Part shown: positions 28,385 to 36,605 of the stretch, one piece after another
Layout of the letters: each line of letters begins with the position of its first letter
Numbering within the stretch: position 1 is the first letter of the stretch
Notes under the pieces: model-generated
The model's input: only the letters and a program-made list of their open reading frames with translations
Told to the model about the DNA's origin: nothing
The model's database searches: none
Program-made: the position numbers and the translations under genes
DNA from: Bacteroidales bacterium
GTDB lineage: Bacteria; Bacteroidota; Bacteroidia; Bacteroidales; UBA12481
Reading direction: 5' to 3'
Assembly (NCBI GenBank): GCA_023145515.1
Contig: JAGLDP010000001.1
Location: 1-58,438, forward strand
Length of the DNA stretch: 58,438 bases

Positions 28385-29659
28385 TCAGCGCGTATAGTAG
28401 TAAATCATATCAATAATTGTCTGCCGGCAAACCGGACAAAAAGGATCATCCAGCCAGTTCATTTTGCACTTTTGCATAGGACTATAAATATCCTTACCAG
28501 AGTATAATCCGCCTTCAAAAGCACCCAGAATGCCGTCATATTCAGGTGTTCGCGGAGTAGGGATAGGAGTGCCTTGCTTTAACATCTTTTTCCACTTTGT
28601 ATCGAATTTTACTAAAGTGGTAACGTTAGGTTGGAGGGGCTCGTATTTTGTGTCAATGAAATCGCTGAAAGAAACATCACTTGTGTAATATTCATCAGCA
28701 AGCCATGTGAAATTATGTCCGAATTCATGTAGCCAAACCCCAATTGATTTAGGATTGAAAGCAGAGAATGTTCCGTAATAATTGTAAACACCACCACCAC
28801 CATATTTCTTTGTGTTAACGAGAATAATGATCAAGTCATATGGAGCATTTGCTGCTACGTCACGAACAGACTTAATATCATGAGTCATTAGGTATCTTTC
28901 AGAATCAAAGGTGTAGAAACTTGTATTCATCACAGTTTCTTTCCAAATGTTTTTTCCGGGAATATCTGTCCCTGATTCCTTACTTGGAGCTTCCACAACC
29001 CATATATTGAAATCATCTTCATGAGCATCAAAGGGATCGGTTTTAAATAGGGCATCTGAAAATTCTTTAGCAGCTTCACGAAACAGATTCATCTCTTTAT
29101 CTGTAAATCCATCAGGAAGGAAAACCACATCTACTTTATCTTTAGGATCTCCTGAATCATGCACCATGTAAGATTTAAGTCTGGGGCCTTTTTCTGTCTT
29201 TATAAAATAATCATTCGGATCAATAGGATATTCAAATACCTTGTTCAGCTTTGTGGTGCGGTCGCGGCTATATAATTCTAATCTGACCTTATTCTTTGGA
29301 AATGGAATAAGTACGGTTTCATAAAAGCATCTTTTGATTTTCTTGGCCTCAGCTGTTGCCTGCCATTCGCTGTACAATCCGGCATATCCCCGTGAATAGA
29401 TCAATTTATCAGACTTTGCATCATAAACTTCTACCCTGTATTCACCCCATTGGAAAGGATCTATTAGATTTTGTCTGGGACCTGACCATTTTCCTTCCTT
29501 TCGCATTTGCTCAAAGAACACTTCTTCACTGTCAGCCATTCCGCAACGATTGTAATCAATTCTTAAAGTTTGGGGAGTGAAGTGATCAGAATAGTTGATT
29601 TCTTGGGCCTGGACACCGATAAATGAGAATAATAGAGCAAAAACGATTAACTTTTTCAT
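28385..29659 (-). CDS. M64 family (IgA-peptidase-like) zinc metallopeptidase
   Basis: Signal peptide 'MKKLIVFALLFSFIGVQA'. Zinc motif 'HEFGHNFTWLADEY'. C-terminal 'CPVC'. Confidence 0.85.
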   Translation of the reverse strand: MKKLIVFALLFSFIGVQAQEINYSDHFTPQTLRIDYNRCGMADSEEVFFEQMRKEGKWSGPRQNLIDPFQWGEYRVEVYDAKSDKLIYSRGYAGLYSEWQATAEAKKIKRCFYETVLIPFPKNKVRLELYSRDRTTKLNKVFEYPIDPNDYFIKTEKGPRLKSYMVHDSGDPKDKVDVVFLPDGFTDKEMNLFREAAKEFSDALFKTDPFDAHEDDFNIWVVEAPSKESGTDIPGKNIWKETVMNTSFYTFDSERYLMTHDIKSVRDVAANAPYDLIIILVNTKKYGGGGVYNYYGTFSAFNPKSIGVWLHEFGHNFTWLADEYYTSDVSFSDFIDTKYEPLQPNVTTLVKFDTKWKKMLKQGTPIPTPRTPEYDGILGAFEGGLYSGKDIYSPMQKCKMNWLDDPFCPVCRQTIIDMIYYYTR

Positions 29660-29722
29660 TATTTCCGGGTTTTAGTTTTCAAAAGAATTTTTGTTCATAT
29701 CAGGATTGGTAAATTTACATTG

Positions 29723-29730
29723 TATTTTTG
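29723..29730 (+). promoter_or_regulatory. candidate -7 promoter box TAnnTTTG upstream of the MscS-family gene
   Basis: 'TATTTTTG' lies 31 nt upstream of the ATG at 29762. Confidence 0.4.
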
Positions 29731-29761
29731 TGTTTACCTTTCAATAATTGAATTTCTTATT

Positions 29762-31072
29762 ATGGCATTAAGTCAACTATCTATTATTCCGCAAGAGTCT
29801 ACTGGGTTTTTTATTCGTCTTAGTTTAAAGCTGCGAGATGTATTAATCAATGACTGGGGCTTATCAGAAGGATTGGCCAAATGGCTGCATGTCTTGGTTT
29901 TTATTATTTTGATTGCTTTGGTGTCATGGCTTGTTGATAAAGCCACTAAGCAGATTATTATCAGGGTGATAAGGGGGGTGGTTAAGAAAACAAAAAACCA
30001 ATATGATGATATAATTCTGGAAAAAGGTGTTTTTAACCGATTGGCTCACATTTCTCCTGCCCTTGTAGTGTATTCGATGCTTCCTACCATTATGATGGAT
30101 TTTCAGAAATCAGCTGAGCTTTTCCAAAGCCTGGCTTTGGTATATATGATTCTGGTTGCAATAATGGTAATTGTATCTTTTTTCAATGCACTGAATGAAA
30201 TCTATTTGCGCCAGGGTAATGCGCATAAGGTGCCTATCAAGGGATATATTCAGGTAGTACAGATTGTTTTGATTCTCATCGGAATTATTTGGGCCATGAG
30301 TGTGTTATTTGGCTTTGAACTGGGGAAATTCTTTGCTGGATTAGGAGCATTTGCTGCGGTACTTATGTTGATTTTTAAGGATACCATTCTTGGTGTAGTT
30401 GCTTCTATTCAGATTAGTGCCAATAAGATGATGAGCCTTGGCGACTGGGTCAGTATGCCATCCCGGAATGCAGATGGTACCGTAGTGGATATTTCTGTGA
30501 ATACGGTTAAGATTCAAAACTGGGACAAAACCATTGCCACTATTCCTACTTATGCATTTGTAACAGAGTCTTTTGATAACTGGAAAGGGATGGAGGATTC
30601 TGGTGGACGAAGGATCAAGAGATCTGTCAATATCGATATGTCCAGTGTAAAGTTCTGCAATGATGAGATGCTGGAGAAGTTTGGGAGGATTCAACTAATC
30701 GCTGATTATGTGAAATCAAAAAAGATGGAGCTGGAAGACTATAACAAGGAGATGCATGTCGATGAATCTGTCTCTGTAAATGGTCGAAGAATGACCAATA
30801 TCGGAACTTTCCGCAGGTATATGGAAGAATACCTGCAAAGTCATCCGAAGATCCATAATGATATGACATTTTTGGTACGGCAATTGCAATCAACAGAAAG
30901 AGGGATACCAATTGAAATCTATGTGTTTAGCAATGATCAGGCCTGGGCCAATTATGAATCCATTCAGTCCGATATTTTTGATCATATCCTGGCCATAATG
31001 CCAGAATTTGAATTACGCGTCTTCCAAAATCCCACAGGGAATGACTTCAAATCTCTGAGCTCTGAAAACTGA
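29762..31072 (+). CDS. mechanosensitive ion channel (MscS) family protein
   Basis: Several N-terminal TM helices, then the MscS beta-domain 'GDWVSMPSRNADGTVVDISVNTVKIQNWDKTIATIPTYAFVTESFDNW'. ATG 29762 chosen. Confidence 0.85.
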   Translation: MALSQLSIIPQESTGFFIRLSLKLRDVLINDWGLSEGLAKWLHVLVFIILIALVSWLVDKATKQIIIRVIRGVVKKTKNQYDDIILEKGVFNRLAHISPALVVYSMLPTIMMDFQKSAELFQSLALVYMILVAIMVIVSFFNALNEIYLRQGNAHKVPIKGYIQVVQIVLILIGIIWAMSVLFGFELGKFFAGLGAFAAVLMLIFKDTILGVVASIQISANKMMSLGDWVSMPSRNADGTVVDISVNTVKIQNWDKTIATIPTYAFVTESFDNWKGMEDSGGRRIKRSVNIDMSSVKFCNDEMLEKFGRIQLIADYVKSKKMELEDYNKEMHVDESVSVNGRRMTNIGTFRRYMEEYLQSHPKIHNDMTFLVRQLQSTERGIPIEIYVFSNDQAWANYESIQSDIFDHILAIMPEFELRVFQNPTGNDFKSLSSEN

Positions 31073-31082
31073 CAACTGAAAA
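31055..31082. repeat. tandem heptamer array CTGAGCT-CTGAAAA-CTGACAA-CTGAAAA
   Basis: Read directly. It overlaps the last six codons and the TGA stop of the MscS-family gene. The same unit occurs at 33939-33966. Confidence 0.85.
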
Positions 31083-31092
31083 TTTCTTAAAA

Positions 31093-31554
31093 ATGCCAAC
31101 TGAGATTGAACGTAAATATCTGATAAAATCTAACAACTGGAAGACAGGTTTATCCGAGGCTGATTCATCCTTAATCCAGCAGGGATATTTGAATGAAGAT
31201 CCAGGTAGGGTAGTGAGAATTCGTATTAGAGACTCGAAAGCTTTTCTAACCATCAAGGGCCGGGCAATTGGAATAAGTCGTGCTGAATTTGAATATCAGA
31301 TTCCCGTTAATGACGCCAGTGAGTTGTTAGGTATGTGTCTGGGAAACGTACTGATAAAGCGCAGATACGAAATAAAATATGAAGGAAACATCTGGGAGGT
31401 GGATGAGTTTTTAGGGAAAAACAAAGGTCTCATCCTGGCTGAGATAGAGCTGGAATCAGAAGATCAAAGCTTCGAAACACCGGAATGGATAGGCAAAGAG
31501 GTCACAATGGATATGAAATACACAAACCTAGCACTAGCCCACAATGACAGTTAA
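31093..31554 (+). CDS. CYTH domain protein (triphosphate tunnel metalloenzyme)
   Basis: N-terminal 'EIERKYL' signature and 'EVDEF...LILAEIELE' strands typical of CYTH. Confidence 0.8.
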   Translation: MPTEIERKYLIKSNNWKTGLSEADSSLIQQGYLNEDPGRVVRIRIRDSKAFLTIKGRAIGISRAEFEYQIPVNDASELLGMCLGNVLIKRRYEIKYEGNIWEVDEFLGKNKGLILAEIELESEDQSFETPEWIGKEVTMDMKYTNLALAHNDS

Positions 31555-32842
31555 ACATCCAAAACATGTCTGTCCACGTGGCTCGTTGGTTCTAATTGTA
31601 TTGTTTTCCCTCTTCCTCGCCACTGCTTGTGGTACACTTAAGCCGACTGCCTCAACTACCACCAAGTCTCTGATGCTATACAATCCGGGGAGAACCGAAC
31701 TGCATCCAGATTACCTTGTGTATCATGGAACTATAGATGAAACCACTTTATTTTTTAGATTATTTACAAAGGAATTGCTGTTCAATAAGGCTAATCCTGA
31801 TGCACGTGATCAGAGTCGTGTGAAGCTGGAATACAAATTGTTTAGTTCATTCTCAGAACAGATTCAGGATCATGATGGAGAGCAAGAGTATGTGATTAAC
31901 AAAGAGGATGTTAAGGATCACTACACGGGTACAATAAAAATCCCTACTGAGGAGGGGAAGAGTTATTTGCTTGAGCTTATTCTTACTGATATTGTAAGGC
32001 AAACATCATCACGACAGTTAATTCTCGTTGATCGTTTCAATCCAAAGTCGCAACAGAATTATTTGATTTTGAGTTATCCCGGGAGTTTGATTGCTTTTGA
32101 AAAGTTTTTTTATTCAGAGGAGTACTTTAGAATTGTCTCATCCAAGCCTCCTGAAAATGAAATGCGAATTGCCTACTTCAAACCGGTTAAGGAGCTGCCA
32201 CGTCCACCGTTTTCAACAGTTGTTTCGCCTGAAGTGAGATCAGAGCCTGACTCGGTATGGACATTAGACATTTCTGAACAGACACTTTATCGTCTGGAAA
32301 ACGAAGGTGTGTATTTGTTTTATCCAGATCCTGGTAGCATGAATGGTGTGTACTTATCAAATCTTGGAAATAATTTCCCCCAGATAATATCACCTGAAGA
32401 TATGCTACCACCTCTTCAGTATATCACTAGTTCAGAGGAGTACAGTGAAATTATTCATGAGCCGGATTTAAAGAAGGCTTTGGATGAGTTTTGGCTTGAT
32501 AAAGGAGGAAGTTTTGATGCTGCAAGAGAACTCATTAAGGTATTCTACAATCGGGTAGTTTTTGCTAATCTGTATTTTACAACTGATCGTCGGGGATGGA
32601 AAACCGACAGGGGAATGATCTACATGCTAATGGGTTCTCCCAGTTTTGTAAACAAGTCTGAAACTGGCGAATCATGGGTGTACAAGCGAATAAATTCGAA
32701 TCAGAAATATACCTTTGATTTCTATTTGACAGCTGATGATCTAAAGGGATATGAATTTATTTTGAAAAGGACTGAAAATCATAGGATAGTCTGGAATACG
32801 GCTGTCAAAAGTTGGAGAGAAGGTCGCATATATAGTTTATAA
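31544..32842 (+). CDS. GWxTD domain-containing lipoprotein
   Basis: Lipobox 'LFLATAC'. C-terminal 'RGWKTDRGMIYMLMGSP' GWxTD motif. Overlaps the CYTH gene by 11 nt. Confidence 0.8.
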   Translation: MTVKHPKHVCPRGSLVLIVLFSLFLATACGTLKPTASTTTKSLMLYNPGRTELHPDYLVYHGTIDETTLFFRLFTKELLFNKANPDARDQSRVKLEYKLFSSFSEQIQDHDGEQEYVINKEDVKDHYTGTIKIPTEEGKSYLLELILTDIVRQTSSRQLILVDRFNPKSQQNYLILSYPGSLIAFEKFFYSEEYFRIVSSKPPENEMRIAYFKPVKELPRPPFSTVVSPEVRSEPDSVWTLDISEQTLYRLENEGVYLFYPDPGSMNGVYLSNLGNNFPQIISPEDMLPPLQYITSSEEYSEIIHEPDLKKALDEFWLDKGGSFDAARELIKVFYNRVVFANLYFTTDRRGWKTDRGMIYMLMGSPSFVNKSETGESWVYKRINSNQKYTFDFYLTADDLKGYEFILKRTENHRIVWNTAVKSWREGRIYSL

Positions 32843-32860
32843 GGAAAAGAGTAGTTTATT

Positions 32861-33604
32861 ATGAAAGAGAAAGCTTACATTTTTGGTATTCACCCCTGCC
32901 TGGAAGCAATCAGTTCAGGTAAGGAAATAGAAAAAGTCTTTATCCGAAAGGGATTATCAGGAGATGGCTTTCAGGAACTTTTTAGTCTGATTCGTAAATC
33001 CGGTACTCCATACCAAATGGTGCCGCTGGAGAAATTAAACCGGATTACCCGCAAAAATCATCAGGGTGTAATTGCTTTAACCTCAATGGTAGTATATATG
33101 CCTATTGATGAGGTTGTTCAGCGAGCTTTTGAAAGTGGTGAAACCCCTCTGGTGATCGCTCTGGATAGTATTACTGATGTGAGGAATATGGGAGCTATTG
33201 CCCGATCTGCTGAGATTGCCGGAGCCCATGCTCTGTTGGTGCCAGATAAGGGATCAGCTCAATTGAATGCTGATGCTATGAAATCATCTGCAGGTGCTCT
33301 GAACATAATACCAGTTTGCAGAACATCCAGCTTTTCTAAAACACTGGTGCAGCTGAGAGAATCAGGACTAAAAATTGTTGGGGCCTCAGAGAAGGGAAAT
33401 CAGATGATATATGATTCAGCGATGACAGAACCACTTGTTATTGTAATGGGATCTGAAGATACCGGATTGTCAGATAATGTGCTTAGAATCTGCGATGATC
33501 TGGTGAAGATTCCTCATAAAGGACAGATAAAATCATTAAATGTTTCCGTGGCAGCAGCAGTGCTTCTTTTTGAGGCAGTAAGACAACGGTTTACTCCTGA
33601 ATAG
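32861..33604 (+). CDS. rlmB: 23S rRNA (guanosine-2'-O)-methyltransferase, SpoU/TrmH family (RlmB-like)
   Basis: N-terminal substrate-binding domain 'IFGIHPCLEAI'. SpoU motifs 'DSITDVRNMGAIARSAE', 'VMGSEDTGLS', 'IPHKGQIKSLNVSVAAAVLLFE'. Confidence 0.85.
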   Translation: MKEKAYIFGIHPCLEAISSGKEIEKVFIRKGLSGDGFQELFSLIRKSGTPYQMVPLEKLNRITRKNHQGVIALTSMVVYMPIDEVVQRAFESGETPLVIALDSITDVRNMGAIARSAEIAGAHALLVPDKGSAQLNADAMKSSAGALNIIPVCRTSSFSKTLVQLRESGLKIVGASEKGNQMIYDSAMTEPLVIVMGSEDTGLSDNVLRICDDLVKIPHKGQIKSLNVSVAAAVLLFEAVRQRFTPE

Positions 33605-33887
33605 AACTCTCTCTGCCTGAGTATTTAATTTTAGCGTAAACAAGAAAGGCAGTCCCCAGAATATTTACCAGATAATTCAACCACAATGGCCATTGAAACA
33701 CACCCTTAGCCAGGTTGTCGTGAGCTATGTATATGAAGGTCAAGAATACTCCGCCTGCCCACATGAGTAGAAACGACCAGCTAAAACTTTTCACATCATG
33801 AGTGCGCCAGGTTTTCCATACTTGTGGAATGACACCGATACTTAGTACCACATTGCCAATCCATCCTATTGCTTCAAAAAATTCCAT
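33591..33887 (-). CDS. PQ-loop / SemiSWEET-like 3-TM membrane protein
   Basis: 98 aa with three TM helices. The PQ motif in TM1 reads 'LSIGVIPQVWKTWRT'. Convergent 14-nt overlap with rlmB. Confidence 0.65.
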   Translation of the reverse strand: MEFFEAIGWIGNVVLSIGVIPQVWKTWRTHDVKSFSWSFLLMWAGGVFLTFIYIAHDNLAKGVFQWPLWLNYLVNILGTAFLVYAKIKYSGRESSIQE

Positions 33888-33891
33888 GTTG

Positions 33892-33931
33892 GTTAATTAG
33901 TTAATTTGTTAATTGGTTACCTGGTTACTTG
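33892..33931. repeat. tandem octamer array GTTAATTA-GTTAATTT-GTTAATTG-GTTACCTG-GTTACTTG
   Basis: Read directly. Starts 5 nt upstream of the PQ-loop gene start codon. Confidence 0.85.
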
Positions 33932-33938
33932 CAACTTT

Positions 33939-33966
33939 CTGAGTTCTGAAAACTGAAAACTGAAAA
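33939..33966. repeat. tandem heptamer array CTGAGTT-(CTGAAAA)x3
   Basis: Read directly. Nearly identical to the array at 31055-31082. Confidence 0.9.
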
Positions 33967-33984
33967 CTTTTTCCACTTCCAAAA

Positions 33985-34019
33985 GACGAATGACGAGTAA
34001 CGAATGACGAATGACGAAT
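33985..34019. repeat. tandem heptamer array GACGAAT-GACGAGT-AACGAAT-GACGAAT-GACGAAT
   Basis: Read directly. Ends 9 nt before the ABC-F stop codon at 34029-34031. Confidence 0.9.
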
Positions 34020-34028
34020 AACTCCTGC

Positions 34029-35957
34029 CTACTTCAAATCTTCCAATTTCTCCACTGAATGACTCCATTGCTCCATTTCTTTCTCCAGCTCTTCTTTTAG
34101 TAGTCCAAACTCTCCAAATGGGTCTTCGTCGCCACTTATAGTATCAGGATCTGTCAGAATTTCAACAAGCTTTCCCATTTTAGTTTCTAATTCGCTGATT
34201 TTTTCTTCAGATCGTTTGATGCTGTTTTCAATTTTTCTTTTTTCTCGCTGGAATTCTTTCCTTTCAAGGTAGTCAGCTTTATTTTTACTATCGCTGGCAG
34301 GCTTTGCTTTGGCAGCGACCAGATTCTTTCGCTCAATTTCTTTGAGGTTTTCTAGCTTCTTTTTACGCAGGAAGTCAAAAATATTCCCTGTGTGTTCTTT
34401 GATTCTTTTATCCTTAAACTCAAAAATCTTACTTACCAGGCCATCTAAAAAATCCCTATCGTGAGAAACAACGATAAGAGTGCCATTATAGTTAAGCAAA
34501 GCATCTTTAAGAACCTGCTTCGATCGTAGGTCGAGGTGATTAGTGGGCTCATCAAGCAAGAGTAGATTATACGGTTCAAGCAGCATACAGGCAAGTGCAA
34601 GTCTGGATTTTTCACCTCCTGAGAGCACAGATACTTTTTTATCTACATCTTCGCCGCTAAATAGAAATGCCCCAAGGATATTTCGGATTTTAGGACGAAT
34701 ATCTCCTACTGCTACCCTGTCTATAGTTTCAAGAACGGTTAAGTTTCGGTCAAGTGTATCTGCTTGATTCTGGGCATAATACCCAATCTTAACATTGTGT
34801 CCTACTTTAAGTTCTCCTTCATAATCGAGCTCTTGCATAATGATTCTGGAGAAAGTTGTTTTTCCTTCACCATTTTTGCCGATAAAGGCTATTTTCTCAC
34901 CACGCTCAAGAATAAAATCTGCATTACTCAGAACCTTAAGAGATTCGAATGATTTTGAAAGGTTCTCTGCTTCGACAACGATAGTGCCAGAATGGGGGGC
35001 AGGGGGGAAATTGATATGAATACTTGATCCGTCTAGCTCATCCACTTCGATTCGGTCTAAGCGGTCAAGCATTTTTATTCTTGATTGTACCTGAACAGAT
35101 TTGGTATTTTTATACCTAAAGCGCTCTATAAATCTTTCTGTATCAGATATAAATTTCTGTTGATTCTCATAAGCTGCAAGTTGCTGCTCTCTGCGTTCAG
35201 ATCGTAATTCAAGAAATCTGCTGTATGGAACTTTATAATCGTATGCTTTGCCAAGTGAAAGCTCAATGGTTCTTTTGGTTACCCTATCAAGAAATGTTCT
35301 ATCGTGAGAAATAAGGATAACTGCTCCGGTAAAATCTAAAAGATAATCCTCAAGCCACTGAATAGATTCTATGTCAAGATGATTTGTGGGCTCATCTAAT
35401 AAAAGGACTTCAGGTTTTTGCAATAGAATCTTAGCTAGTTCGATTCGCATCCTCCATCCACCTGAGAACTCGCCAGTAGCTCGTTGGAAATCTGTTCTTT
35501 TGAAACCTAGTCCTAATAAGGTTTGCTCCATCAGAGCATCTTGATTGTGTCCGCCCAGTAGATGATGACGCTCAGTTTTTTCAGTAAGAATATCAATCAG
35601 TTTGTGGTATTCTGTTGATTCGTAATCAGTACGAGTAGATATCTCAAGAGTTATTTTATCAATTTCCTGTTCAAGTTCCAGCACTTCGCTAAAAGCTTGT
35701 CGTGTTTCCTCAAGAACTATGGTTGTATCTGAGAAAACCATGTGTTGCGGAAGGTATCCTAGTCGAACCTCTTTAGGCACCGATATTTGTCCTTCGCTAG
35801 GAAACATCTCACCAGTAAAAAGTTTCAGGATAGTTGTTTTGCCGGCTCCATTCTTACCCACCAGACCAACTCTTTCGCGGCGGTTAACCAGGAAGCTTAT
35901 ATCTTTAAAGAGATCGTCGTCTCCAAAGCGAACGCATACACTGTTGAGAGAAATCAT
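34029..35957 (-). CDS. ABC-F family ATPase (two NBDs, no TM domain, C-terminal coiled coil)
   Basis: Two Walker A motifs ('GKNGAGKTT', 'GKNGEGKTT'), two signatures ('FSGGWRMR', 'LSGGEKSR') and two Walker B motifs ('LLLDEPTNHLD' twice). K/E-rich C-terminal tail. Confidence 0.9.
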   Translation of the reverse strand: MISLNSVCVRFGDDDLFKDISFLVNRRERVGLVGKNGAGKTTILKLFTGEMFPSEGQISVPKEVRLGYLPQHMVFSDTTIVLEETRQAFSEVLELEQEIDKITLEISTRTDYESTEYHKLIDILTEKTERHHLLGGHNQDALMEQTLLGLGFKRTDFQRATGEFSGGWRMRIELAKILLQKPEVLLLDEPTNHLDIESIQWLEDYLLDFTGAVILISHDRTFLDRVTKRTIELSLGKAYDYKVPYSRFLELRSERREQQLAAYENQQKFISDTERFIERFRYKNTKSVQVQSRIKMLDRLDRIEVDELDGSSIHINFPPAPHSGTIVVEAENLSKSFESLKVLSNADFILERGEKIAFIGKNGEGKTTFSRIIMQELDYEGELKVGHNVKIGYYAQNQADTLDRNLTVLETIDRVAVGDIRPKIRNILGAFLFSGEDVDKKVSVLSGGEKSRLALACMLLEPYNLLLLDEPTNHLDLRSKQVLKDALLNYNGTLIVVSHDRDFLDGLVSKIFEFKDKRIKEHTGNIFDFLRKKKLENLKEIERKNLVAAKAKPASDSKNKADYLERKEFQREKRKIENSIKRSEEKISELETKMGKLVEILTDPDTISGDEDPFGEFGLLKEELEKEMEQWSHSVEKLEDLK

Positions 35958-36544
35958 ATTGTGACTGCTTTCAATTCGTATTCATATCCCCACATCAGAC
36001 CATGAAGAGGCTCATTGGTTGGTTTTGCTCCACATACCTGGAAAATCGGACCTGAATAGTTTTTTTTAAGAATATCTTTCACAGAAGTAATTCTGTTCTG
36101 GTATAGTTTTTTGTCAATTGCACTTGGTCCACCCCAGGCAACTATCAAATTATCTGTATTATTAAGAAGTTTTTTCAAAAAGGCATCATTCTCAATACCA
36201 ATTCCTTCATTTATCCCTTTTTCCTGCATCAGTTGGTGCAACTCAATAGCATCTGTTGCTCTGTATGCAAAGATGTTGAAGATGTTAAGGTACCGTGTTT
36301 TAGGAAAGCGATTATACACAAATGTTTCAACCTTTCTGATGGTAGAATCTGAACGCTGCTCATTTGCAGAACTGGGATTCTTAAGTATTACCGTCATGGT
36401 TTCATTGCGGTCTCCTGTAAGCAGGTCTCCCTGATATTCCATCTGAAGAGTGTATCTGTGTCGTTGATCTTCTGAGTAATCAGCTCTGATACTTTCTGCT
36501 ATTACTTGCCCAAAATGATCCACTTGTCTGCCCAATCTTGCCAT
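35954..36544 (-). CDS. DUF1643 domain-containing protein
   Basis: 'RYTLQ....MTVILKNPSSANEQRSDSTIRKV', 'NIFAYRATD', 'LIVAWGG', 'PLHGL' fit the DUF1643 pattern. The internal ATG at 36544 is preceded by a TAnnTTTG box. The track's longer ORF (to 36859) would overlap the divergent gene. Confidence 0.75.
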   Translation of the reverse strand: MARLGRQVDHFGQVIAESIRADYSEDQRHRYTLQMEYQGDLLTGDRNETMTVILKNPSSANEQRSDSTIRKVETFVYNRFPKTRYLNIFNIFAYRATDAIELHQLMQEKGINEGIGIENDAFLKKLLNNTDNLIVAWGGPSAIDKKLYQNRITSVKDILKKNYSGPIFQVCGAKPTNEPLHGLMWGYEYELKAVTI

Positions 36545-36563
36545 CTTAAATTTTGAATTTCGA

Positions 36564-36571
36564 CAAAAATA
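36564..36571 (-). promoter_or_regulatory. candidate -7 promoter box TAnnTTTG upstream of the DUF1643 gene
   Basis: Minus strand reads TATTTTTG. It ends 19 nt before the ATG at 36544. Confidence 0.45.
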
Positions 36572-36605
36572 GGTAAACTTGGGGGATTCTTGAAGTAACA
36601 TAGGT

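Noticed and set aside
28385-28387. Genome-wide TGA recoding (for example TGA read as Gly or Trp) as an explanation for the open frame after the M64 stop.
   Set aside because: Many well-supported genes in the window end cleanly at TGA with canonical C-termini. Examples are the LptF/G gene at 7465, the MscS gene at 31072 and the DUF192 gene at 45423. A reassigned code is therefore not supported.
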